Under the pieces are notes generated by a model. That model was given only the letters and a program-made list of their open reading frames with translations, was not told the DNA's origin and made no database searches. Made by a program: the position numbers and the translations under genes. A stretch of 64,000 bases of DNA, taken from the IMG/VR virus record IMGVR_UViG_3300028886_000051; one strand, 5' to 3'. This document shows positions 1 through 9,135 of this stretch, piece after piece. This DNA comes from a virus (Duplodnaviria; Caudoviricetes). Each line of letters begins with the position of its first letter. The stretch's first letter is position 1.

Positions 1-239
1 AAGAGAAAAATGATCCGAAATCTAAATGGCATAACTACGATGTGGTTTTAACTGTTATAAAGGACAGATTGCTTGGTAAGGCAGATTTCCAGATGGGATT
101 ATGGTATGACCTGACATCACGTAGATTTTATACAGATTACGATGAATATGACGCAAAATTTGCATGGGATGACAATGTATATACAGATAAGCTTCCGTAT
201 GTTGATAGAAACATAGATAACACATTTCCAGACAAATAA
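1..239 (+). CDS. C-terminal end of a probable replicative helicase/primase-helicase (5' partial)
   Basis: Frame open from the window edge; VLTVIKDR resembles the late SF4 helicase 'K.R' motif; replication-module context. Confidence 0.45.
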   Translation, partial: EKNDPKSKWHNYDVVLTVIKDRLLGKADFQMGLWYDLTSRRFYTDYDEYDAKFAWDDNVYTDKLPYVDRNIDNTFPDK

Positions 240-253
240 GGAGAATAATTATT

Positions 254-1108
254 ATGATGGATGAAGAATTAGATTTTTTATTAGATACAATGACATGGAG
301 TTTTTCAAGGCTGAATTCATTTTATAATTGTCCGCACGAATGGTACGAGAGATATGTAATGTGTCAAAAAGGAGAAAATGGTTTTTTCGGAGAATTTGGT
401 GGCTGTTGCCATAAGATTCTTGAAAGATATGAAAAGGGCGAGATTTCACTTTTTGAAATCAGTCAAGAATATGAAAAATTATTTTCTGAAATGGTGGTGC
501 ATGATGCACCACCTAATAAATATGTAGACATAAAACAATCGTATTTTGATAAAGGATTAGATTATTTTGACAATATAGATTTAGACCTTGAAAACTTTGA
601 AATATTAGGAGTTGAAAAAGAGGTTAAGTTTAAGATTGCTGACAAAGATTTTATTGGATATATTGATTTACTTATAAGAGAAAAAAGTACAGGAAAAATT
701 ATTATTTTAGATCATAAGAGTGCGTCTATAAAATTTTTGAAAAATGGAAATATAAGTAAATCTGATAAGCCACATGTCAGAGAATTTATCAGACAACTTT
801 GTTTATATGCAAAACCTGTGCTAGAAGAATATGGACATGTTGATGAGTTATGGTGGAACTTATTCAAGGATAAAAATTGGTTAAAAATTCCATTTAAAAA
901 AGAAGATTATAATGAAGCAATAAAATGGGCAGAAGATACTATAAAGTTAATTGAGAATGAAACAGAGTTTCCATGTAATCCAGATACATATTATTGTTGG
1001 AATTTATGCTCACAGAGAAATAATGCCTGCCCATATAAGCCACAGTTTGCAACTAAAAAGAAAGAAGATAATAGACAATACAATCCAGAGGAAAATAGAT
1101 TTGAGTAA
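254..1108 (+). CDS. PD-(D/E)XK nuclease (AddB/Cas4-like)
   Basis: WSFSRL..F..CP, GYIDLL, ILDHKS, QLCLY and C-terminal C..C.....C cluster. Confidence 0.85.
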   Translation: MMDEELDFLLDTMTWSFSRLNSFYNCPHEWYERYVMCQKGENGFFGEFGGCCHKILERYEKGEISLFEISQEYEKLFSEMVVHDAPPNKYVDIKQSYFDKGLDYFDNIDLDLENFEILGVEKEVKFKIADKDFIGYIDLLIREKSTGKIIILDHKSASIKFLKNGNISKSDKPHVREFIRQLCLYAKPVLEEYGHVDELWWNLFKDKNWLKIPFKKEDYNEAIKWAEDTIKLIENETEFPCNPDTYYCWNLCSQRNNACPYKPQFATKKKEDNRQYNPEENRFE

Positions 1109-2000
1109 AAGAAAGTGGACAAAAGAAGAAGACAAAATTTTAGAAGAAGGTTGTATCTTAGGCAAGACATCAAAAGAAATAAGTAATGATTTGACTGAAA
1201 GAACGTACAACGCTGTTGATTTAAGAATAAGATATTTAGGATTAAATAAAATATACAATCGTTCAAAGTTAAATGATCTAACAGGAAAAATGTTTGGAAA
1301 TTGGAAAGTCTTACATAGAATTGATGATTACATTAGCCCTTCTGGGTATCATCAAACTCAATATATATGCGAGTGTCAATGTATAAATAAAACTTTAAGA
1401 CCACAATTGGCAATTAACCTGACAAGAGGAAAGACTAAATCGTGTGGTTGTTTATTAGGGGAAAACATAAGTGAAAGCAAGAAATCGTCTAATACATTTG
1501 ACTTATCTGGTGGATATGGGATTGGATATACAGAAAATGGCGAAGAATTTTATTTTGACAAAGAAGATTACGATTTAATCAAAGAATATAAATGGCATTT
1601 AGATAAATCTGGATATGTAGTAGCCTGTGTTAAAGGAACAACAATTAAAATGCACAGAATAGTTATGGGCGTAACCGATTCTAATATTCAGGTAGATCAC
1701 ATTAAGCATAGAGTGAATGATAATAGAAAGGCAATGCTTCGTTTAGTTAATCAAGTTAATAATTCAAGAAATAAAAGACTTTTAGATTCAAATACAAGCG
1801 GTAGTACAGGAGTCTATTTTAATAGGAAAAGGAATAGGTGGATAGCACAAATTTGTTGTAATGGTAAGGTTGATGTTATAGGTTCTTTTATTAACAAAAA
1901 AGATGCTATTGAAGCAAGAAAAATAGCAGAAGAAGAATACTTTGGAGAATATTCATATCGTAATTCTAGGAGGTGTTTTCATGGATATGAAAATCATTAA
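1101..2000 (+). CDS. Free-standing HNH-AP2 homing endonuclease with N-terminal Myb-like repeat
   Basis: TTG at 1101 after GAGG; WTKEED..L; MHRIV..VDHI....DNRK..LR HNH motif; NTSG.TGV....WIAQI AP2 domain. Confidence 0.85.
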   Translation: MSKRKWTKEEDKILEEGCILGKTSKEISNDLTERTYNAVDLRIRYLGLNKIYNRSKLNDLTGKMFGNWKVLHRIDDYISPSGYHQTQYICECQCINKTLRPQLAINLTRGKTKSCGCLLGENISESKKSSNTFDLSGGYGIGYTENGEEFYFDKEDYDLIKEYKWHLDKSGYVVACVKGTTIKMHRIVMGVTDSNIQVDHIKHRVNDNRKAMLRLVNQVNNSRNKRLLDSNTSGSTGVYFNRKRNRWIAQICCNGKVDVIGSFINKKDAIEARKIAEEEYFGEYSYRNSRRCFHGYENH

Positions 2001-2250
2001 AAGTGAAAAGAGAATATGTTCATGTTGTATGGAAGAACATGAAGTGAAAACAGTTCTAGTTATGAATCATGCTACTTTTAAGAACTGTACAGTTGATTAT
2101 GAAGCAACATATCTGTTTTGTGAATTAGCAGAAGAACTTTATATGGATGAGCAGCAGATGCAGGACAATGACATAAGATTAAAAGATGCATATAGAAAAA
2201 AAGAAGGACTTTTGACATCTTCTGATATTATTGGAATTCGTGCAAAGTGA
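1981..2250 (+). CDS. MqsA-type zinc-finger protein, truncated before the HTH
   Basis: CSCCMEEHEV...C...D....DAYRKKEGLLTS.DI..IR resembles the N-terminus of MqsA-family antitoxins; GGAGGTG RBS. Confidence 0.6.
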   Translation: MDMKIIKSEKRICSCCMEEHEVKTVLVMNHATFKNCTVDYEATYLFCELAEELYMDEQQMQDNDIRLKDAYRKKEGLLTSSDIIGIRAK

Positions 2251-2287
2251 TGAATTTTTATCTAAAAAATGAGTAGGAGGTGATATT

Positions 2288-5200
2288 ATCAGTAACTATA
2301 CAGTATATCATTTACATACAGAAGATTCTTTACTAGATAGTTGTACAAATTATAAGTTATATGTAGATAGAGCAGTAGAACTTGGACAGAAGGCTATTTG
2401 TTTTTCGGAGCATGGCAATATTTACAATAATATTGAGAAGAAGATGTATGCAAATAGCAAAGGTTTAAAATATCTACATGGCGTTGAGGTTTATTTGACA
2501 GCAGCACTTGAACCGAAACAAAGAGATAACTACCATACAATTCTTATAGCAAAGAATTTTGAAGGTGTAAAAGAAATAAACACATTGGTTGACTTGTCTA
2601 CACAATCAGACCATATGTACTATAAGCCAAGAATTACATTCGATGAATTTTTCAATATCTCTGATAATGTTATTAAAATTTCTGCATGTCTTGCATCTCC
2701 ATTGAGTAAATATCCTAATTTTATTGGAAAATTGGTTGATGAAAAAATAGTTGAATTAGAAAAAAATAAAGAAACAGAAGCTAACAAACTTTATACAGAA
2801 CTAAATTCAGAAGCTGCAAGAAATCAGTGGATTGAAGATAACACAATTATTCATAACACATCTTATGAAATATATGTAGAACAATGTATTGAAAAATCCA
2901 ATAATGCATTTGATTTACAGATAGAAGAAGCAAAATCAGAATTGGAAAATGCAAAGATTGTATATGACAAACTGATGAAAACATATGACTATTATGAAAT
3001 TCAGCCGCATGTTAAGTCTATGGATCAGATTCGATATAACAAAATGCTTTATGAGGCATCAAAAAAATATAACAAGCCTTTAATAGCAGGAACAGATACA
3101 CATAGTATTGATAGTTACAAGGCTGAGTGTAGGAGTATTCTTCAGAAAGCAAAACATATTGAGTTTTCAAACGAAGATGAATTTGACCTTACATATAAAT
3201 CGTATGACGAGTTAGTTGATATGTTCAAACAGCAAGGCTCTTTACCTATGAATGTTGTGTTGGAAGCTATCAAGAACACTAACCGCATGGCTGATTCTGT
3301 TACAGATTACGAATTAGATACAGCTTTTAAATATCCGATTCTCTATGACAATGAAGAAGAGGTATTTGTAGAGCGTATCTATAGAATGTATCATGAAAAG
3401 CTTGATAAAGGAATTATTCAACCAGATCCACGATATGAGGAGAATATAAAAGAAGAACTTCGAGTATTTAAGAAGATTGGTATGGTTGGATTCATGCTTT
3501 TCATGTCAGAATTGGTATGTTGGTGTTGGGATAATGGTATACCAATTGGTTTTTGTAGAGGTTCTGTTGGTGGTTCAACTATTGCATATTTAACAGATAT
3601 TATTGATGTAAACCCTGTAGTATGGAATACGGTGTTCTCTCGATTTGCCAATGAGGATAGAAAAGAGATTGGTGATATTGATTTGGATATTGCACCATCA
3701 CAAAGACATTTAGTATATGAGCATATCATTGAAAAGTTTGGTGCTGATAAAACAGCTTATGTGTTGGCTATCGGCACGATTTCTGACAAAGGTACTATTG
3801 ATGAGATTGGACGAGCTTTGAATATGCCACTTGGAGATGTCAAGCAAGTAAAAGCTCAGTATTCATTATTTACTGATGGTATTACTGATTGCAATGACAA
3901 GATTAAGAAAATTGAATCTATTGATGGATATGAAAATAATGAAAAGTGCTTAAAAGACTTGGAAGAACTTAGAAGTAAACTTGAGTATAACGAAAAGTCT
4001 TTGAAGGACTTAAAAGAAAAACAATATCCTAAGTTATTCTATTATTTTGACGGTCTTGTAGGAACTGCAATTTCTCAGTCGATGCATCCAGCAGGTATTA
4101 TTGTAAGTCCAGTAACACTACCTGATAATTATGGAACATTCTGGTCTAAGGATGGTAAACGTATTTTGAGTATCAATATGGAAGAAATTCACGAAGTTTC
4201 CCTCGTAAAATACGATTTGCTTGGTCTAAAAAACATAGAAATTATCAAAGATACATGTGAATTAGCACATATTCCGTATCCGAAATCCCATACAGTCAAT
4301 TGGAATGATGAAAAGGTTTGGGCGCATATTGCAGATAGTCCAGTAGGCATATTTCAGTTTGAATCAAAGTTTGCCTATGATTCAATGAAAAAGTTTGAAT
4401 GTCATTGCGTAAACGACTTGTCGCTTGTAAACGCTTCAATTAGACCTTCAGGAGAATCATATAGAGATAGGTTATTAGCACATGAACCAAACAAAAATCC
4501 ATCGGAGTTGATTGATAAATTGTTGGAAGATAATCATGGATTCCTTATATTCCAGGAGGACACAATTAAATTCCTTACAAATATTTGTGGTTTGAGTGGT
4601 AGTGATGCTGATAATATTCGTAGAGCTATTGGACGTAAGCAAAAAGATCGTCTTGAAGCTGCGTTACCATCTATTCTTGAAGGATATTGTAATATGTCCT
4701 CTCAGCCTAGAGAAATTGCAGAAAAAGAAGCACAAGCCTTTTTGAAGATTATAGAGGACAGCTCTAATTACCAGTTTGGTTTTAACCATTCAACAGGATA
4801 CTCAATGATTGGTTATATGTGTGCTTATCTCAGATATTATTATCCAAAAGAATTTATTACTGCGTATCTAAATAATGCCAATAATGAAGATGATATTATG
4901 CTTGGTACAGAACTAGCAAAACAACTTGGTATTACAATTCATAGCATCAAATTCAGACATTCTACTGCAAAGTATTCTTGTGATAAAGATGGTATTTACA
5001 AGGGTATTGCTTCTGTAAAGTTCCTAAACGAAGACGCTGCAAATGATTTATATTCCATTAAAGATGAGAAATTTAATACGTTTATTGACTTATTGGTAAG
5101 AATTTCTGACCTCAAAGTTGATAGCAGAAAACTTGAAATCTTGATTAAACTCGATTTCTTTGAAGAATTTGGTGGTATTCGTTATCTACTTACTTGTAGT

Positions 5201-5698
5201 GATTTGTTTTCAAAATATTATGGCAAGAAACAGATGAAGAAGGATAAGGCACTAGAGTATGGACTTGATTTTGATGTACTAAGAGAATGTTCTGGCAAGG
5301 AAACTCAGAAGACGTTTATGGAATTAGATAGTGCAAAACTACTTAATAAACTCTTGCAGAATATCCCAAATGAGAAAACTGATATGCGAACAAAGATTGC
5401 TTATCAGATAGAAAATCTTGGGTATGTAGATATTGTTGATAAAAAGCTGGCAGGTTATTGTGTGGCATTGGATCTCAATGTTGACTATTCTCCACGATTG
5501 AAGCTGTATGCATTGGCAAATGGTAATACAATTCCAGTAAAAATTAGCAAGAAAATATTCAAACAGAATCCTATCAGACGTGGAGATATTGTAAAAGTCA
5601 CGAACCAATATAAAAAACAAAAAATGAAAAAGGTTGATGGTGAATGGCAAGAAACAGATGAGCAAGAATGGTGGGTTTCTGAGTACCAAATTTGTTAG
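2288..5698 (+). CDS. dnaE: DNA polymerase III alpha subunit (non-canonical ATC/ATT start inferred)
   Basis: PHP motifs YHLHTEDSLLDS and SEHG lie in frame upstream of ATG 2444; RGS, DIDLD, MHPAG, KYDLLGL and FNHS motifs. Confidence 0.95.
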   Translation: MSNYTVYHLHTEDSLLDSCTNYKLYVDRAVELGQKAICFSEHGNIYNNIEKKMYANSKGLKYLHGVEVYLTAALEPKQRDNYHTILIAKNFEGVKEINTLVDLSTQSDHMYYKPRITFDEFFNISDNVIKISACLASPLSKYPNFIGKLVDEKIVELEKNKETEANKLYTELNSEAARNQWIEDNTIIHNTSYEIYVEQCIEKSNNAFDLQIEEAKSELENAKIVYDKLMKTYDYYEIQPHVKSMDQIRYNKMLYEASKKYNKPLIAGTDTHSIDSYKAECRSILQKAKHIEFSNEDEFDLTYKSYDELVDMFKQQGSLPMNVVLEAIKNTNRMADSVTDYELDTAFKYPILYDNEEEVFVERIYRMYHEKLDKGIIQPDPRYEENIKEELRVFKKIGMVGFMLFMSELVCWCWDNGIPIGFCRGSVGGSTIAYLTDIIDVNPVVWNTVFSRFANEDRKEIGDIDLDIAPSQRHLVYEHIIEKFGADKTAYVLAIGTISDKGTIDEIGRALNMPLGDVKQVKAQYSLFTDGITDCNDKIKKIESIDGYENNEKCLKDLEELRSKLEYNEKSLKDLKEKQYPKLFYYFDGLVGTAISQSMHPAGIIVSPVTLPDNYGTFWSKDGKRILSINMEEIHEVSLVKYDLLGLKNIEIIKDTCELAHIPYPKSHTVNWNDEKVWAHIADSPVGIFQFESKFAYDSMKKFECHCVNDLSLVNASIRPSGESYRDRLLAHEPNKNPSELIDKLLEDNHGFLIFQEDTIKFLTNICGLSGSDADNIRRAIGRKQKDRLEAALPSILEGYCNMSSQPREIAEKEAQAFLKIIEDSSNYQFGFNHSTGYSMIGYMCAYLRYYYPKEFITAYLNNANNEDDIMLGTELAKQLGITIHSIKFRHSTAKYSCDKDGIYKGIASVKFLNEDAANDLYSIKDEKFNTFIDLLVRISDLKVDSRKLEILIKLDFFEEFGGIRYLLTCSDLFSKYYGKKQMKKDKALEYGLDFDVLRECSGKETQKTFMELDSAKLLNKLLQNIPNEKTDMRTKIAYQIENLGYVDIVDKKLAGYCVALDLNVDYSPRLKLYALANGNTIPVKISKKIFKQNPIRRGDIVKVTNQYKKQKMKKVDGEWQETDEQEWWVSEYQIC

Positions 5699-5707
5699 GA
5701 GATGTAA

Positions 5708-6247
5708 ATGAAACAGTATTATACAGACAAAAAGTATAAAGAATTACTGTCGCACATGGTTGTATTAGTAGACACTCGTGAGAATACTAATAAAAATGTT
5801 ACTGATTGGTTTGATAGGAATAACATCAAATGGAAGTCAAGAGCATTGAAAACAGGTGATTATGGTCTTATGGTTGAGAGTTGCCCTGAATTGGGCTTCT
5901 CAATCGACACCTATTTTAGTGATGAACTTTGTATTGAACGAAAGAATTCCGTAAGTGAGTTGGCTGGTAACATAGCAAATGCAACTAAAGATGATGACAG
6001 AATTTTTAAAGAATTTAATCGAATGATTAATATAGAGAAAAATTATCTTCTTATAGAGAATGACAGCATAGAGGATATTTTTACAGAGAACTATAAATCG
6101 AAATTGAATCCGACATCGTTTTTTAGAACATTGCTTACATGGCAAAGCAGAAATAACATGCACATTTATTTTGTAGAAAGAGAATATATGGGTAGGATGA
6201 TATACGAATTATGTAAAAATTGTTTGGATTCCAAGATATTAAAGTAA
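5708..6247 (+). CDS. ERCC4-domain nuclease
   Basis: VDTRE, LKTGDY, IERK motifs. Confidence 0.9.
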   Translation: MKQYYTDKKYKELLSHMVVLVDTRENTNKNVTDWFDRNNIKWKSRALKTGDYGLMVESCPELGFSIDTYFSDELCIERKNSVSELAGNIANATKDDDRIFKEFNRMINIEKNYLLIENDSIEDIFTENYKSKLNPTSFFRTLLTWQSRNNMHIYFVEREYMGRMIYELCKNCLDSKILK

Positions 6248-6257
6248 AGGAGAAAAT

Positions 6258-7013
6258 ATGGACAAGATAAAAATTTTTGAAGGACTATTAAATAAGTTTG
6301 AGACAGATGAGATTAGAGATTATTGTGCTGATATGATTAAGGAAATTCCAGATTATATCTTCACAATTCCAAGTAGTACATCTTTTAAGTATCATAATAA
6401 AACACAGTGTCAGCCACATGGTCAGATTTTTCATATTTTAATGTTTGCAGAAGTAATGAATTATGTTCTTGGATTAGAGTATGTGAAAGAAAAGACTAAT
6501 GAGAGACAGCGAGATTGTTTACGCTGTACACCAATTTTTCATGATGCAATTAAATGTGGGTTAAATGGTTCTCAATATACAGTACATGAACATCCGATGC
6601 TTGCAGGTGAGTGGGTGAGAAATACATCTGTTGAGCATGATGTAGACGCTAATACAAAAGCATATATTGCAAGATTATGTGAGAGTCATTCGGGCGAATG
6701 GACTTCTACAAAGAGAAGTAAGACTGTATTACCAAAGCCTGAAAATGACGAGCAGTTCTTTGTACATATGTGTGATTATTTAGCAAGTAGGTCAAATCTT
6801 GATATGACATATTCTGATGATGTAATTTCTGCATTAGGTGGTGTTGATATTCCAAAGGAAGAGTTACCAGATATTGATTCTTATGTAATTACATTTGGAA
6901 AATATTCAGGAAAGACACTTTCACAAATCAAAGAAATTGATCCTGGTTATATCTCATGGGCAAAAGAAAATATGAGCAGAGAGCCAGTAAGAAGTTTATT
7001 GGCTCAACTATAG
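6258..7013 (+). CDS. HD-domain phosphohydrolase
   Basis: KYH, FHD..K, SHSG.W, H.CDYLAS; C-terminal FGKYSGKTL motif. Confidence 0.8.
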   Translation: MDKIKIFEGLLNKFETDEIRDYCADMIKEIPDYIFTIPSSTSFKYHNKTQCQPHGQIFHILMFAEVMNYVLGLEYVKEKTNERQRDCLRCTPIFHDAIKCGLNGSQYTVHEHPMLAGEWVRNTSVEHDVDANTKAYIARLCESHSGEWTSTKRSKTVLPKPENDEQFFVHMCDYLASRSNLDMTYSDDVISALGGVDIPKEELPDIDSYVITFGKYSGKTLSQIKEIDPGYISWAKENMSREPVRSLLAQL

Positions 7014-7041
7014 AGAATAATACGGTAGGAGATAATAAGCT

Positions 7042-7257
7042 ATGAAAATTTTAACACGATTATTTACGAAAAATCTTACTAAAATTCCTTTGTTGTGGAT
7101 TACATTCAACTGGAAGTTGTTTAAAAAGAATGGTGCAAAAGGTTCTTGTATATGTAATATTCATCCTTGTCTAAAGGATGATGAACACATTATTTCCACT
7201 ATGAATGAACTGTGTGATTATATTAGAGAGAATTACGACATGAAAGGAATTATATAA
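7042..7257 (+). CDS. Hypothetical protein
   Basis: ORF with AGGAG RBS. Confidence 0.6.
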   Translation: MKILTRLFTKNLTKIPLLWITFNWKLFKKNGAKGSCICNIHPCLKDDEHIISTMNELCDYIRENYDMKGII

Positions 7258-7258
7258 C

Positions 7259-7453
7259 ATGAAAATCATTAAACAAGGTGAATTAAAACCTGCCATAAAA
7301 AGAATAACATGTGAGAATTGTGGCACGATTTTTGAAGTAGAAAAGAATGAATGTAATTGCACTTCGCAAATGGGAGTTATGCACGATGGACTTGGTTCTT
7401 ACAACATTAAATGTCCTACATGTAAGGATACACAATATTTTAATTGGAAATAA
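7259..7453 (+). CDS. Small zinc-ribbon protein
   Basis: CENC...CPTC. Confidence 0.65.
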   Translation: MKIIKQGELKPAIKRITCENCGTIFEVEKNECNCTSQMGVMHDGLGSYNIKCPTCKDTQYFNWK

Positions 7454-7464
7454 GGAGAGAGCAA

Positions 7465-7842
7465 ATGAACAGAGATGAATTATTGAAAAAAGAAATAATG
7501 TCAAAAAAGGATACAATAAAAAATGCGTTCTTGAATCGTCTTACTTATGATAAGTGGGATAAGAAATCGCCTGTTTACGCCTATAATATTGTGCTATCTG
7601 AGTTTGAAAAAATTGATGATGTTGAACGAATTGAATTTTTATTACATCCATTCAATATCACACCATATGTAGTTTACTTTTCAAATAAAGAAGATTTAGA
7701 AGCTTATAAATGGGTTCATGATACTATTGAAAAAGAAATAGATGATAGGATTGCAGAAGGTTTTAAGGATCATATTAGTGATTTTGTTGATTGCAAAGAC
7801 TTATATTCAGGAGACTGTGCAGTATTTGCAGTCAGTCATTAA
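7465..7842 (+). CDS. Hypothetical protein
   Basis: AAGGAG RBS then ATG 7465. Confidence 0.6.
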   Translation: MNRDELLKKEIMSKKDTIKNAFLNRLTYDKWDKKSPVYAYNIVLSEFEKIDDVERIEFLLHPFNITPYVVYFSNKEDLEAYKWVHDTIEKEIDDRIAEGFKDHISDFVDCKDLYSGDCAVFAVSH

Positions 7843-7904
7843 AATCCAAGTAAAGACGGATTTCTCGTCCGTCATTTATATGAAATGAAAGAGAGGTATA
7901 AAAT

Positions 7905-8459
7905 ATGGTTTATGGAGTATTTGGTGGTTGTTATAGTGATTGGTATGTAGTTGGTTATTTTAACAATCGTCAAGATGCGGATAAATATTGCTGTGTATGT
8001 GGTGATGGTGATTATTATGTAAAACCGTTAAAAGATTTAACTGATGAAAAAGATTTATCAAAAGTATCATTAAAATACCATCATAAAGTTTTATTTGATT
8101 ATAAAGATGATGAAAACAGATGGGTTATGAGAGAAGAACCTGAAAGATACAATTGCTATATTGATAATGATTTAAGATGTAATAGTGTAAGACAAGGAAC
8201 ACTATGTAGAAATAATTGGGTATGTTTTAGTATAAATATTGACCATGATGATAGAAATTTAGCAGAAAAAATTGCTCAAGACTATTTAGCTGAACTTCGT
8301 TCTTATGGAGATGGAAAAATTTATGAAAAGAATATTGAATTGATGAATGATAAATTCGCAGCACCATTCAAGGAAAAAGAGAGAATAAGAAAAGAAGAAG
8401 AAATTAGACAAAAAGAAATTGCAGAATTAGAAAGATTAAAGGCTAAGTATGATGCATAA
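7905..8459 (+). CDS. Hypothetical protein
   Basis: ORF with GAGG RBS. Confidence 0.7.
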   Translation: MVYGVFGGCYSDWYVVGYFNNRQDADKYCCVCGDGDYYVKPLKDLTDEKDLSKVSLKYHHKVLFDYKDDENRWVMREEPERYNCYIDNDLRCNSVRQGTLCRNNWVCFSINIDHDDRNLAEKIAQDYLAELRSYGDGKIYEKNIELMNDKFAAPFKEKERIRKEEEIRQKEIAELERLKAKYDA

Positions 8460-8496
8460 TAAACGACAGTTTCTTGCGAAGATTAGAGGTGATTAA

Positions 8497-8778
8497 GTGG
8501 TATTAATAAATATAAATGACAACTGGGAAGAAGTTAGAGATTTGGAAGATGTTTCTAAAATAATCAGAGAATATTTTAATGAAGATTTGGCTTATGAAAT
8601 GGATAAGATGATTCCTGAACATACAGACGAAGAATATCGGGATTTAGAATGGCAATTAGAGGAAAAAGATGGCGATATTACTTCATTAGAAGATGAAAAT
8701 GATACTCTTAAAAATCGAATTGAGATTTTAGAAGATAAAATAGAAGAGTTGGAAGAAAAATTAGATAAATGCAAATAA
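8497..8778 (+). CDS. Hypothetical coiled-coil protein
   Basis: GAGGTG RBS, GTG start, heptad pattern. Confidence 0.65.
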   Translation: MVLININDNWEEVRDLEDVSKIIREYFNEDLAYEMDKMIPEHTDEEYRDLEWQLEEKDGDITSLEDENDTLKNRIEILEDKIEELEEKLDKCK

Positions 8779-8818
8779 CAAGAAGCCATTATTTTATGTG
8801 GAGATTAGGAGGTAGAGA

Positions 8819-9082
8819 ATGAAAGTAATTTTACAGTATACAGCTTGTATGTCTGACGATAAGAATGTTTTTGGAGTATTAGCTAGAAACAATGTAGAAA
8901 TTATTGAAACGAAACAAAAGCAGTTTTCAATTTATCCACTTGTCACAATTAGAGTCAAAGATACAAATACACTTAATAAAATTTTAGAGCAGTTAAATGA
9001 AAAATCTGTTTACGGGGTTAGGATTGCAAAAGTGAAATCAGACAAATCATTTATTGAGAGATTGAAGATGTTATTTAAATAA
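8819..9082 (+). CDS. Hypothetical protein
   Basis: AGGAGG RBS. Confidence 0.65.
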   Translation: MKVILQYTACMSDDKNVFGVLARNNVEIIETKQKQFSIYPLVTIRVKDTNTLNKILEQLNEKSVYGVRIAKVKSDKSFIERLKMLFK

Positions 9083-9135
9083 ATTCACAAAAATCTAAAC
9101 TTTCATTGGGATTTAAAAAATAGGAGGATTAAGAT

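Larger units (their letters stand above)
7849..9106. repeat. Four intergenic copies of an imperfect palindrome ATGAAA-N6-TTTCWT (7849, 8458, 8780, 9089)
   Basis: AGTAAA-GACGGA-TTTCTC, AATAAA-CGACAG-TTTCTT, AAGAAG-CCATTA-TTTTAT, AAAAAT-CTAAAC-TTTCAT; each directly follows a stop codon. Confidence 0.55.

Noticed and set aside
254-1108. Cas4-like gene as part of a CRISPR system
   Set aside because: No repeat-spacer array or other cas genes seen; stand-alone PD-(D/E)XK nucleases are common in phage replication modules
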